A DNA stretch of 59,254 nucleotides, the filler included, from Jimgerdemannia flammicorona (lineage: Eukaryota), in the NCBI GenBank assembly GCA_003990765.1. It is 3 parts of 3 records of this genome, joined end to end, with 100 filler letters (N's around TTAATTAATTAA, not from the genome) between each part and the next. Parts side by side here need not be neighbours in the genome. Positions count along the whole stretch, not along the records: positions 1 to 19,689 come from RBNJ01001873.1; positions 19,790 to 39,474 come from RBNJ01001874.1; 1 more part is not named here. The stretch is one strand, 5' to 3'. The translations under genes were made by a program, and so were the position numbers. Shown one piece after another: positions 10,713-24,078 of the stretch (positions are counted from its first letter, which is position 1; the number at the start of each line of letters is the position of its first letter). The notes under the pieces were generated by a model. That model did no database searches and was not told where the DNA came from. It saw nothing but the letters and a program-made list of their open reading frames with translations.

Positions 10713-13700
10713 TTTTTTTTTTTTTTTATTTTTTTTTTTATTTTTTTTTATAGTCACTTGGACTCTTCCTTTATTATACCCATCTATCCTATATAAGTAC
10801 AGTGAACCCATCCCCTATCCAATCCCCCTAGGGGGGCCCCTCCCCACTACCTTTTCTCAATGAAATACCACTCTATCAAATACAATTCCCACCCTCCCAC
10901 CACTCTATTCATATATCCTCACCACCAAACCTCGCTGTCACCCCCCTGAAGGACCCCAACCTATCCACCATCCAGTCATCAGATCCCCCAACAGCTCCTC
11001 CCACCTTAAAACCTTCTCCTGTAGTCTTATCTGCCACCCCTCCTCAAACATAAATAGCCAATATCCTGCCAATCCCACCCAAACTGCTAACACTCACCCA
11101 ACAGTGAGCCAACTATTACCCACCCCCCCCACTAGCCAAGATCTCAAGTCCTCCCAGTGATCCCCCTCACCCACCGGTCTGCACTCCACACCCAGTCTTT
11201 TCCCTATTTCAACCCAAAAGTCCCCCAAAACCTCACACTCTCCTAGCCAATGTTCTGGTGTCTACACCAAACCTCCAGCTTGCCCTATATTGTAACACTC
11301 CTCACAATTGAAATAGCCACCATCCACCAGATGTCTGGTGCAGAAATTCAGCATGACATTCCTCTGTAGCATTCACCACCACACTACCCAGAACTTGGGG
11401 GGAAGCCACTGCCATACCTCAGCACTCCAAGACCAGATACCTGCCCAATCCCACTCCTCGCCAATCCCAACTACCTGCCAACTGCTTAGCCAAAGATCCT
11501 GACCAAGACTCTGCTGATACTTCACTCCATCCCCAATATCAAAGGCAGTAAGTAGAGCACCCCCCAGTAGCAGTCTATCCCATTGCCACATACTAGGTCC
11601 CCACAACACCTCCCCCTCATTGCCTTGCCAGTGCAGACTAATTCTGTGTACTCCATCTACCACTCCCCACTAAAAGCTCTTAAACCTCAGCCTCCAAATT
11701 CCATTGAGCCCTACTAAAGAGAGTAGATCCCCTGAGGACCCTTGGGGGGAGGTTCTCATCTCCCACACCTTCTGCAGCAGAGGCACCCAACCCCATCCTT
11801 GCAGTTCAGCTGCTCTCTTCAACCACCAGGCTTGCAAGCAGTGCAACCTCTTAGAGAAATCCACAAGGCCAAGACCTCCCCTGACCACCAGCATTGCAAG
11901 AGTATCCCAACTGATCTGGGACCTCCTCCCTGCCCAAATCCAATCCCTAGCCACCTTTGTCAGCCTCTTCACCACCCAAGCTGGGAAGTCTAGGTAGTAG
12001 GCCACATACCACAGCTTAGGGAACCAGTATACATTCAGAATTGATACCCGCCCTGCTAGAGAGATATGGCAGCCTCCCCAACCTCGAAGGGCCTCCCCCC
12101 AAACAGCCACCCTGCTCTCCCACCACACTAGTGGTAAGACAGAGCCATATACAGAGAGGAAGATACCCAGATACTGTACCACCTCACCAGTAGAGACAAT
12201 TGTTCCAATGATGTCCCCACCCACCAGCCCATTCCCTAGCACTATAGTCTCACACTTATGCCAGTTGAGCTTTGCCCCAGAGTGATCCCCATACCATTCT
12301 ATCATCTCCTTAAGTGCCTTGACATCTGCCACAGACCCAAGACCAACCACTATATCATTCACAAAGACTCCCACCTTCCACAATATGCCATAGATAGAGA
12401 GCCCTACTACCTTCTGGCGAATCCTATCCATCAATGGTTTCAATGAGAGGGCATAAAAAATAGGGGACAGGGGGTCCCCCTGAGGAACCCCTCTTCTCAA
12501 GGTAAATGCCAGACCATGGTGACCATTACACATTAGTGCTGCCCAACTGCCCTCTAGCAGACTCAACATAGAAGCCCAAAATCCTGGAAGAACACTAATA
12601 TGATCCAACATCTTGCCCAGCCAAACCCACCAGACCCAGTCATAGGCCTTCTCCTGGTCCAAGAAGACCAACCTTCTATCCAGGCCACAAGCCCAGGCCC
12701 CCTCAACGACATCATGCACCCATGCAGTCCCATCTCTTATAAGTCTGCCTCCAACAAAGCCCCACTGCTCCTCCCCCAGCACCTGTTGGGCAACCTTCTG
12801 TAGCCTTGCAACAACCACCTTAGTCACTATCTTTCTGTCCATGTCCAAAAGCATGATCAGTTGCCAGTTCTTCCAGTCTTCTCTCCTCCCCTTGTCTTTG
12901 TACAATAAAGCCACCAGCCCAAGGTCCTGCTCTCCAACCCACTCACCACTCTGAAGAATATGATCATAGAGAGCAGTCATCTCACCCAAAATACCAGGAC
13001 CTTAATCATCTTCTTCCAGAAGTCCCATGGTAGTCCATCCTCCCCTAGTGCTGTTCCAGTCTTAGTTGCCACAAGGACACTCTGGACCTCCTCACCTTGC
13101 ACTGGTAAGGCCAAGTCATCCAGTCCAGCCACTTGCAGCAGCCTCCATTCCCCTAATATATCTTCAATAGCTGCCTCATCAGCACCCCCTTCATCCTCAC
13201 TCCACAAACCCTGCTATCTCTCTTTCAAAACCCCTAAGATTTGTTGTGTACCATATACCATGTCCCCATCAGCATCTAGGACTCCATCCTACTGATGTCT
13301 CACCCTCCTAGCTTTGAGCAGATGAGATAAATAGCTAGTAGGCCACTCACTCTCCTCAAGCCCCTGCCACCTTAGCCTAGCAGCCATATCTCGTATATGC
13401 ACCTCCTCCTCTTCTCTCAACACCTGTTGCAGTTCCACTATCTCTAATTTAATCCACACTAACCTCCAATCCTCCACCCTATCAGAAGTAAGCAAACCTA
13501 CCCAATCTATTTGCAATCTCCTCAGCCTGTTGGAGACACATCTCATGCACTTCCTCCTCCATCTCCCAGCTTCTCTCCCAGCCCCTCCCCAATAGACCCT
13601 TGCAGCCTCTTTCAATCTCATCCAACAGACACCCACTGACAAACCCTCACACCTCCAGCAAGAAACTTTCACCTGAATGTCCTCTACTAATGAATCCCAC

Positions 13701-15727
13701 AACTCCTTCTCAGCCAGCAGAGAGGAGTTAAGGCACCAATGTCTGGGTCCATCTCCACTCCCCCCAAACTGCCCCTGTCCCAACAGTCCCCAGTGATCAG
13801 ACCATGGGCACCATTCCACCTCCAATACTTTCCAGATATCAGACCCCCAGTATTCTGCCATCAGAATCCAGTCAATCCTTGTACCTAAACCATTCACCCA
13901 ATATGTGTAGACCCTGGAGTTACCCCATCATATTCTGCCCATATCCCCTAAGGAGCTCAGCTGCTCCACCTCCTCCCATACATCCAGGCCTCCACTTCTA
14001 CCTCCTGTACTCCTTCTACCATCAGTTCGGTCCAGATGCTGATCCTAAACCATATTAAAGTCCCCCCCAAGCACATAAACCCCTTCTGCCAAGAGAATAC
14101 TCTCCTCCAGCAGCTCCTTAATCCATGCAATCCTCTCACCCCTAACCACAGGATAGTAGCAAGAGCTAATCCTCACCAACTCCCACCCTGGGTGATACCA
14201 ATCTCCCCAGACCAAGTGATCACCCTAGCTCTCAATACCCCCTAAGTCTCCTTTACCCTTCCTCACCAGAATTGCCACTTTTCCAAACCAAGTAGTAGTT
14301 CCACCCCATTCCCTAGTCCACTCAACCTAATCATCCTCATCCTTATACCAAATATCCTGCAGTTAAAAGAGATTGGCCTCCAATCTCTTGAGCCAATTAA
14401 AAATGTTCTTACACTGCCCAGATCCCCTTAGCCCATTCACATTCAAAGAGAAAATGTTGGTTGTACTGTTCATAAGAGAAAAAAAGGTTGTATTATGAAC
14501 CGACTCTCTACAATTCCACATTCTGCTCCTCCTGTAACAAGTCCAAGTCATGATCAGCAGCTAGTTCCCTTTCACCAGCTTCCTGTGTCTCCAACCCTCT
14601 CAGAAGTTCTACCATTGCTCCATCTTCTCACTCCTCAAAGTCCTCATGATATTCCAGACAGACCTCCTGCCAGAACCGCAAACCATGCTGCTCCGCCCAA
14701 CAGTATACCACCTGCTCACCAGTGACCACCACTAGCTCAGTCCTCCTCACCTCATCAACCTCATATCTCTCCTCCTCTAGGAAAATCGAAAGAATCTCTC
14801 CCTTCAGTGCCTCCACCACTCCCTCACTATGCAAAATCTGTGTCCATTGCTCCTCAGGCATTATCTGCAGGTCCACTTCCCCCAAAGTCTCAGCCATAAG
14901 GTTATCCATCACCTTGCTCATCCACAGCAAGTTCCCCACCTCCTTCCCTCCCGGAGTCCCCAGCCATCCTACATCCAACATCGTGGTGTCAGCCCCTATA
15001 CTGGCAGCCTCATCCCACTCCTCCTCAGGGATATCCACCAGCTCATCCTTGCCAACTGCCACCACTTGACCCCCTTTTTCCACATCAGGGACCCCAAAGT
15101 GCACTTGCTGGGCCCCCTTCATCAGTGTATCCTCTGTTGTCTGTCTCTTTTCAGCTGGGCCCCTCCTAATAGAGGGGGGGGGGTTGCATCCAGCTCCTAC
15201 TCCTAGATCTCAAAAGTGCCATCAGTATAGGGGTCCTTGCTCAGCATCTTTTCAGCCCCTTTCTTGCCTGCCTCCACCTCCACAACCCCTTTACTTGTCC
15301 AAACACTGGCTTTGATACCCTCAGACCCTTCAGCTCCCACTGTCTTCTACTTTGTCTCTACTTTCATACTCGCAAGTAGCTCTCTCTGCCTCCTGTGCCC
15401 CTGTGCCCACTCTCACTGCTTCCTGTCCATACAGATATGTTTCCCATCCACAACCTCCAGATGCATCGACTCCTCATACATCTTCCAGGCCCTTGCTCTC
15501 CTCTCTACAGCTCTACTCATCTCCTCCAGTGCCTTCAACAAGTCCTCCTCCTCCTCCTTACTCCCCTTTACCCTTGATACCTTACAGATGAATGCCCCCC
15601 ACATCAGCACAGAAGGCCAGTTACTTGCCTTCTCCATGGCCTCCTTGCCCGCCAGCCAAATCCTGATATCAATATCACTTATCCTGATCATTGTCCCCTC
15701 CCACACCTGAAAGCTAATATCTACCAC
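10713..15727 (-). mobile_element. L1-clade LINE copy a (ORF1 3' half, ORF2 pseudogene, 3' UTR, poly(A))
   Basis: poly(T) 10713-10750; APE motifs IFSLNVNGLRG, RIDW, SDH; RT motifs GVPQGDPLSP and FVND (decayed FADD); GGLGL; decayed C-terminal CxxC...H..EC. Confidence 0.92.
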
Positions 15728-15729
15728 AC

Positions 15730-18700
15730 ATATTTCACCTCACCAGTACCATTCAGGTGATACAAGACTTAGACAACACTTTTTACTATGTTTTTGGTGT
15801 CTGATGACTATTGATATAGATGGCAATGATCGAACTGGTGAGCGTACTGGCTAGGGGGGAGATGGTGCCTTTGGCTGGCAGCAGGTGGGAAGGAGGGGAG
15901 ATGGTTTGGGGATGACAGGGGCCTCGATGGCTAGCCGAGGTCCTGGTGGTGGAGGGAGGGGCAGTCTGAGACAGAGAGGAGGGGAGAGGTCGACCTTTGC
16001 TAACAAGGTCAGAATGGAGCAGATGGTCTCAGGTCTAGATGGTTGGCTGGGCCTAGGAAAGGTATCAACAGCTGCTGCTAGGGGACTGAGAGGTGCACCC
16101 AGAGGAGTTGCTGAGGGTGGGGGAGGAGCAGGAGTAGGGGCTGGAGATGTGACTAGTGATGGGGCTGTGACTGGGGATCTGGCAAAAAATCCAGATATGA
16201 TGGTAGTTGATAATTCAGGATGGGGAGTGGGCATGAGGCCCAGGGACCTGGCAGATGGGGTTACAGGCATGGTGTTGGCCCCATTACTCAAGAAGTTGAG
16301 GTCGGAATTCACAGTCATGATGTGTTTCTGGGGTTTGGTAGTGACAGTGAGGATGATTTTGGGGCTGGTGGCACAGGAGGCAAAGGGAGCAGCATCAGTG
16401 AAGTTTTTGAAGGGGAAGGAAGGGGTTGAGGTGGGGTTCGAGGAGGAAGATGCCTTGCTGGTGGCTTTGGAGAAGGGGGTGATGGTTGGTGGAGTTGTTG
16501 TCCCTATGGCCAGGTGCATATGCTGGGACCCCCGAGTGGTGCAGTTGACAGTGCTGGATCTCCCTACAGTGTTGAAGAAGAGGACCAGAGAGTTGGTTGT
16601 GGAGGCGATCAGAGAGTATAGAGAGATTGTGGATGTTGGGTTCAAGGTCTGGGAGGGTATGGAGCTTCGGACTAGTGATGTCAATGTCAGGGTGAGGCTG
16701 GCTAGGAGGGAGAGTATGGGGAAGTCGAGGGACTGGCCAGCGATGCTTAGGTGGGGACCAGTGAAGTGCAAGGTCATGAGGGTGAAGGGGACCCAGGAGG
16801 AGGTGGAAGACCTATTGGAGGCTCTGGAGGATCTAGAAGGGGTGGTTGCAAGGAGGAGATTGGCATGAAAGGAGTTTGAGGCCAGGATGGTGGTGGGGGA
16901 GGTGGATGGGAAGAGGGTCCGAATGGAGAAGGGGGCCTGGGAGAAGTTGCAGGGGAGGAAAATCCAGAAGGAGCTACTGGCGAGATTGGGTAGAGGTAGG
17001 GCCAGTGGAAGCTTAGGGGAGAGGGGTGCAGAATTGCAGGAGAGCACCTGGGCTGAGGGGGGTGAAAGGGCCCAGGGTGGGGCTCAGCTGGAAGTGGAGA
17101 TGGAGAGGGTAGGCAATATGGAGGCAGATGCAGATATGAGCAAAGGTGTGTGCCCCCGGTATAGTATCCCAGGTGGAGCTGAGGGAGAGGAGGAGTTGCT
17201 AGATGTGCCAGATGAGGAGTGGGATGAGTCAGTGCGGAGGAGTGTGCTGGTGGACCCTGAGGTGGATGGGGGACAAATCACTAAGAGTGTGGCGGAGGCA
17301 GTGGATGAGGAGAAGTAGATGTGGAAGACCCTGGAAGGAGTAGCAGCTGAAGAGCTGGGGGGTGAGGATTTTAGGGTGATGGAGGAAAGGCATTGGGAGG
17401 AGATTCTATAGAGGGAGGAGGTGCCAAGGAAGATAAGGAATGAGATCCTGGCTGTTCTCCTGGAGTTGGTTGAATATCAAGTCAATGATCAGAGGGAGGA
17501 GGAACTTAGAAGGATTGCAAGCGACAGGGCACTATTCTTGTAGAACTTGAGGAAGGGACTGGAGAAGTGGCACACAGTCTGCTTGGATTATTGGTCAGAT
17601 ATGGAGGTAGTGGACAGGGTAGAATGTCAGGAAATCTAGGAGGCACTGGATGCTCAGGCTAATGCAGAGGGTGACTTGGAAGCTGAACAGCACTTGGATC
17701 TGGCTGGGGATGAGATGAGTATGGAATTCTAGGATGGGGTCTCTATTGCAACATTTTTTCAATATGAACAGTATAACTAGGATATTCTCATTGAATGTTA
17801 ATGGGTTATGGGGGGCAGTTAGGAGGAAGTATATATTTGGATGGCTTAAGGGACTAGATGCAGACCTCTTCTTGTTACAGAATATTTATTATGAGGCAAA
17901 TGTGGACTTATAGGATTGGACTAAGGAATGGGGGGGTGCAGCAGTATGGAGGGGGAGAGTGTGTATTCTCATTCGAAAAGGGATGGGGGACATTAAGGAC
18001 ATTGGACATTGGGGGTCTTGGGTGGTGTGGGGAGAGTAGAAGAGGCCTAGATGGGGCTTGTTGATGGTTGGGTCTTGCTACTACCCAGCTGAGAGAGGGG
18101 AGAGAGTGGATTGGATTCACAGATTGAAAGAGGCTGGTGTATTGGGAGAAGTTGGGCTGGACTGTATGGGGGGTGACTTCAACATGGTACAGGATAAGGA
18201 GATGGATAGAATAGATGGAGAGAGAGGCATGCAGGGCGAAAGTGGTGAGTTGGGTGACTGGTTGGAGACAGAGAGGTTGAGTTCTTTAGTAGACTTAGGA
18301 AGACATTTTTGGGCTGATCGGCAGGTATACACCCACTGGGCAGCAGGGCTGGGCTCTAGGATTGACTAGGTTTTGACAGTGGAGTGTTGGGGAGCAGATG
18401 TCTGGTCGGTGCTGGAAGTAGTTTGGTGTCCATAGTCTGATCACTGGGGGCTGCTTGGAGGGGGAGGTTTGGGGGAAATGAGGATGGACCTGGACATTGG
18501 CAGCTAAATTCTTCCTTATTGGAGGATAGGGGGTTGTGAGAGGGTTCAGAAACAGAGGTGGTTGGAAATATCGGTAGGTAGTGGGAATGAGGCCTTGAGA
18601 TTGGGGACTGCTGGAGAAGGCTGAAGGCAAATGCTCAGGAGTATTGGAGGGAAGCAGAAAAAGGAAAGTGTGCCCAGTGAAGGCAGAGGGTGCTGTGGGC

Positions 18701-19418
18701 CTCACAGCATCTGGCAGCACTCATGGAGAGATGGGCAGGTGTGCTGGAAGATGGGGATATGACTGATTGGCATATTGTGAGAATCTGGCAGGAGGTGGAG
18801 GAGCTTAAAGGAGTGTTACGAAGGGAGCAGGAGGTGAAGTTGCAGAGAATGGTGGCCCGGCTGCAGTGGCAGGGGCTTGAGGAGGGGGAGAGGCCTACTA
18901 GGTTTTTGTCGCAGTTGTTACAGGCATAACGAATGAAGCAGTGGTGGGAGGGAGTTCTGGACATGAATAGCGAGCTGGTGGTGGAGACTCTGGCTATTCT
19001 GGGCCTATTGAGAATCAGATGGGGGAATCTATGGAGTGAGGAGAAAGGAGGAATGGATGCTCTGGACATTGAAAGGCAGCTGGGGGATTGGCACCTGGAC
19101 CCTGCAATGGGGCTTGGGGCATTGGGGGACCTGGTGAGTGGTGAGGAAATTCGCAGGGTTGAGGCATCAATGAGTAAGGAGACAGCCCTGGGAGAGGATG
19201 GACTTCCCTGGGATTTTTAGCAGAAGATGGCTGAGGTGGGCAAGGTACTAGAGGAAATGACTACTATGTATGATGGAGTTCTTTGGTCTGATACTTGGTT
19301 TGGGGGACAGCACTTAGGGCTTGTCTCCCTGCTCTACAAGAATAAGGAGAGGCAAGAGGACTGGAAGAACTGGCAGCCAATCATGCTTCTCAACATGGAC
19401 TGAAAACTGGTGATGAAC
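15730..19418 (+). mobile_element. L1-clade LINE copy b (5' end, ORF1, ORF2 APE and RT start), head-to-head with copy a
   Basis: ORF1 fragments 15885-17318 homologous to the 677-aa ORF1; ORF2 starts MNSITRIFSLNVNG at ~17764; GDFN, RID, GEDGLP. Confidence 0.9.
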
Positions 19419-19424
19419 AGACAG

Positions 19425-19689
19425 TCCTTTCTCCGGTAACATTCAGGTTACACAACACTTTGGCAACACTTTCGACACAGTTTCTGGAGAAAAGCTACTA
19501 GTTTCATGGCGACCAATAAGCATCCAGAGGTGCGTACTGGGCAGGGTGGCCCTGGAGCATTTGAATGGCAGCAAGTGGGGAGAGGCCCCAGCTTGGGGGG
19601 AAGTATGAGGGGCCTGCTGGTGGGGGGCCGCAGTAGAGGAGGGAGAGGAACTGGAGGCCAAGGGTCTGGCAGGGTGAGCTTTGTGGAGA
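19425..19689 (+). mobile_element. L1-clade LINE copy c, 5' end only (runs into gap)
   Basis: 5' UTR TCCTTTCTCCGGTAACATTCAGG...; ORF1 start MATNKHPEVRTGQGGPGAFEWQQVG resembles MSTSKQADVRTRSGGPGAFDWQTVG of copy d. Confidence 0.85.
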
Positions 19690-19789
19690 NNNNNNNNNNN
19701 NNNNNNNNNNNNNNNNNNNNNNNNNNNNNNNNNTTAATTAATTAANNNNNNNNNNNNNNNNNNNNNNNNNNNNNNNNNNNNNNNNNNNN
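19690..19789. other. Artificial contig spacer
   Basis: N44-TTAATTAATTAA-N44 (stop codons in all six frames). Confidence 0.97.
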
Positions 19790-19934
19790 TTTTTTTTTTT
19801 TTTTTTTCCCCATCACCCCCTCAGCAACCCTAATATCAAAACTCGTGCGAAGAGACATTCAAATTGTCGTACCTTAGCCATGCGGACGAGGTGGCGCTGG
19901 AATAGTCGGCGGAGTTCATCATATTTCGCAGCAT

Positions 19935-22677
19935 AGCATAGTTACCCACACCTAGTTACCACATGTGCCACCACTTATAATTAGCAAGGTACCAAATCAG
20001 GTTTGTTGATCTGTGTCCTAAGAACACACCTGTGCCCACCAGACACACCTGGTAATCCTCTTCTCAAAATAGCATTACTGCACATTCTATAGATAGCCAC
20101 ATAGCAACTAGATAGTAACCACAACTGTATAAAATACTCCAGAGACAAGAGTGAATAAACCTCAGTCTGAAAAGTTCAAAAGCAAAAGCCAATTGTCTGG
20201 TATACTTGGGGAAAATGTCTGCTAAAAGCCACTTGATTCAGGAAGGATTGTAATATATAGGAGATATGCCTGCTAATAAGCTACTGTTAAGAAGTTATAA
20301 GCTTTGCCTTATTCTCACTCTGGTCTACTTTCTGATACAAAGAAGTCTGCTAAGTTCAAGTGTAGAACACTACTGCCATTTGAGAGAAATCTACCAGCTA
20401 CTATTTTAAAGAAACTCACTATATTCCTAATATAAAGCCAGTCTAGTATAAGATATACCTTTATAGTAAATACTCATTTATACAAATAAAGTAGTCTTTG
20501 ATGTAACTTTGTCAAGTTAAGAAGAGAAGTCTGCTGATTCAAGAGAATCTATATTATCTAAGTTATTTAAGAAGTCTGCCTACATTCCCAACACAAAGCC
20601 AGTCTAGTATAAGATGTATCTTTATAGTAAATATCTATTTATATAAATAAAGCAGTCTTTGATATAACTTTGCTCAAGATTTAATACCATTTAAGTTATC
20701 CAAGAATCACCATTTTCAAGTAATCTATATTGTCTTTTTTTTTTTTTGAGAACTTTATATAAGAAATACCATCAATATTGATAAATTATCATGCAGAAAT
20801 TATATAAGAAAACCACTCATACTATATAGATATTATTATATAGAAATTATATACTTTGGAATCCATCAGATTATACAAAGATTATCATACAAATTACTAC
20901 TATACTTAAGAATTTGTACTAAAAAGAAAATCAACTACTTGATATTTAGATTTGTCTATTATATTACTAAACACTAAGAATATCAGAAATTATATTACTT
21001 TTTGACAAAGTAACTAAGAGCTCAAGCTAATCTATATAGTAACTTCAATCTTATAATTTATCTTTATTAAGTCAGTATATTATATTTGAGAATTTAACTA
21101 AGAAGATTTTCTTTAAATCTATATAACTTTTTAGCTCACAGAAACCCAACAGTCAAACTAAATATATTTGATATAATATCAATCTCTGTTACTACTAAAG
21201 AAAGTATCATTACTAGTATTTAGATAGAAAGTGATATAATTATCTCAAGACTTACTAATTACTCAGTATCAAAAGAATTCCAATCAGAAGTCAGTATAGT
21301 ACATACTGATTTGGTAGGTAACCTTCTGAGTTCTCATTTTATAACTTTATCTCAGATTGGTTTACTGTATCTATTACAGGATAGTAGAAAGGAGACAATA
21401 GTGATAAGTTGCCTCTTTATTAATATCAGATCTGTATCTTCTCTTTTTTATTTTATTTTATTTTTTTATAGTCTCTTGGACTTTGTCATTTATTACCAAT
21501 CTATCAAATAAAATTACATTACTCCCACCTACTCCCCAATCCCCCTAGGGCCTCTCTCCTCTCTCCCCTATACTCTCATACTGGAATACTACTCTGCCAC
21601 CCACTACTCTAATCCTTCTCTTACTCTACCCACAAATTTTCTCCATTAAACAATGCCACTGACCCCCTTGTAGGATTTATATCTTCTCTACTTTTTTCAC
21701 TGTTTCTAATATCTCTGGTTATATCTGAGATATACTTGTTTTAGTGTAATACTTTTTTTTTTTTTTTACTATCATCAATATGGTATTATCTCAGTATATT
21801 ATAACCTATAAAGGAAGTTAGCTGAGTTTAGATATCATATATCAGTATAGATTACCTACAGGTTCTCAGTATCTATAGTGGGGCCCTCTGAGCTTTGGTA
21901 AGCTTTCTGGTAAGTATGGTTCTAGTATAGTGATTGTTTTTTTAGATAGAGTTGGGATAAGAGGTGAGATAGTCATTATAGATAAGAGAAAGGATAATTA
22001 TAGTAAACCAAAATACTAGGCTGAGAGCAGTCATCAGGGCTGAGATAGATACTATATTGATGAGATCTTCTAATTAGTATTGGACTATAGATAATAGGTA
22101 TCACTCTCAACTACTTTTTGTAATATATGAGATTGACTCAGTTATTGAAGATTGTTGGAAAGCCTGAGACTACTTAGGTCAGACATCTTGACTATACTCA
22201 ACTGGAACTAGAAGCTAATATAGCAATATGATCAAGATCTATAGACTTAAGTAGTAGGATATTGAGAGTCTTCTCTTACCTCATACATAAGTTCTCTATT
22301 TATCTCATCAGAAGAACCAGGTCTTACTCACTATTCTGTACTTTGGAAAAGGGTTTTCTTTATCTATTACTCTATTTAAGATAGTAGAGACTATGTAAAT
22401 TGGCTTGAATATAGTTATATATATATATATATATTGAGATTTTGGAAATATGTCTTCAGTTATAGATATATGATTGCTTACTCTCTAGTAGTAGAGAGAG
22501 CATAATATATAGAATGAGTAAGTTAATATAAGCTCTGTTATACTTGATATAGTTAAGCTACTAGACAATAGCTAGCTTAGGTTTAATAGAGGTATAGTGC
22601 TTGAGAGAGAGTGGGGGAGAGTTTTGACCTATAAAGTCTAGGTTTCTTTTTAATAAAAATCTATAGAACTTAGAGTT

Positions 22678-22711
<34 letters not shown>

Positions 22712-23380
22712 GTCAGTATAGTATATAATCCTCAATCAGACTTATCACTAGGAGATCTGACCCAATGATGAACCAGAATCAGATAAACTAGATCAACTAG
22801 ATAATACAGATTGCTCTATTAGAAACTTCAATAAGTATGCATAAGAATTAGAAGATTTTATTATATAATCCTGATTTCCCTTAGAAGCTCTATCAGTCTC
22901 TACTATTGAACTATTATCAGGACCAGTAACCATAGAACCAGAAGGACTAGAAATAGTCTCTTCAAGTATACTCAGACCTGCTACACCTTGCTCAAGATTA
23001 ATAATACTATCTTCAGAATACTTAAGAATTCAAAGCTTTAGCAATAACTTAGAAAGTAAATCAGAACCAGAAAACAGTAATGACAAAATAGTTATCTCAA
23101 TACTAACTTTTGCAAGATACTCAGAAAAAGACCCAAAAGATTCCTTAATGAAATTGAAGAAATTATAACTCTAAAGATCTCTTTGCTTAGAAAAAAGGCA
23201 TCATTTATAAGACTTAACTCAGAGAACCAGCCAAGAGAATTTTCAACCAAATAGTAAGTAATATACATTCAGGTCTTAGAGTAGCTATCTATATAGTAGA
23301 AGAAAAATATAGAGTTACAATCTACTGACTTATTAAAAAATAGATAAAAAAGTATATTAATATTATTGTAAGCTTTTCTT
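19935..23380 (+). mobile_element. Gypsy family A-like 5' LTR (to 21084), leader and decayed gag start
   Basis: 20110-20200 matches LTR-A TATA/AATAAA region; 21000-21084 matches LTR-A end; gag-like start (M)VISILTFARYSEKDPKD at ~23090. Confidence 0.65.
21302..22708 (+). mobile_element. Family S retroposon copy containing an antisense 5'-truncated L1 3' fragment (~21443-21700)
   Basis: poly(A) 22682-22708; 15-bp TSD GAAGTCAGTATAGTA at 21287-21301 and 22709-22723; internal T-rich tail followed by ATAGTCTCTTGGAC...CCCCCTAGGG, as in the L1 3' UTR at 10750-10840. Confidence 0.8.
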
Positions 23381-23389
23381 ACTTTATAT

Positions 23390-24078
23390 ATAAATAATAG
23401 TAATTTTGTAATCCTATAGAATAAAAGGATCCAGCAGATAAGAATTCTAGTAGATTTCTTATAGTTGAATAGCTATTTGAGAGCAGTATAGTCAGTTATC
23501 AGAGTGAATTTTTTTCTAATAAGATGTTTAAATAGAGAACCTGTCTATATGACTATAAGATATTTCAGTTGGTACTACTATAATTGACTTGCTGCTGATT
23601 GATAGCTCAGCTTATAGAAGCTATTATATAGTACTACTGATCAAGTCCTTTTTGAACTAAGACTGCTATAAGGCTATCTCTATATATAAGATGAATAGCT
23701 TCTATAGGGTTAGAGTTATATAAGAATTGATATATAGTCATATGGTACTTGAGTTCTCTAAAGGCTAGTTCTTATAGTTCTATCTATTTATATAGTACTT
23801 CTTGAGAAGAGTTTGAATAGAGGCTGTAATTTGGGCAAAGTTCTTGATAAATCTTCTATAGTAGGATATTAGTATCAGAAATAATAGTGTTTCCTTTTAA
23901 GTCTTGGATACTGGTCATTTATTGATCTTCTCAGTAAAGAAATTCAGTTTCTGTTTTTTAAAGTAGTATTTTTTGGTATTTTATCTCAGATAGTTCTTAT
24001 AGATAAATTGGAAGAATTCTTTTAGGTAGTAAAGGTGTACTTTGAAATTTGCTGAATAGATATTGGAATCATCTATAT
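23390..24078 (-). pseudogene. Decayed Gypsy-A RT/RNase H fragment, interrupted at its YIDD motif by the element starting at 24079
   Basis: IDDSNIYSANF; SYYRRFIKNFAQI; KFTLITDYTALK; colinear with 26880-27600. Confidence 0.8.

Noticed and set aside
19734..19745. Palindromic TTAATTAATTAA, repeated at 39519-39530
   Set aside because: Assembly linker centred in N runs, not biological.
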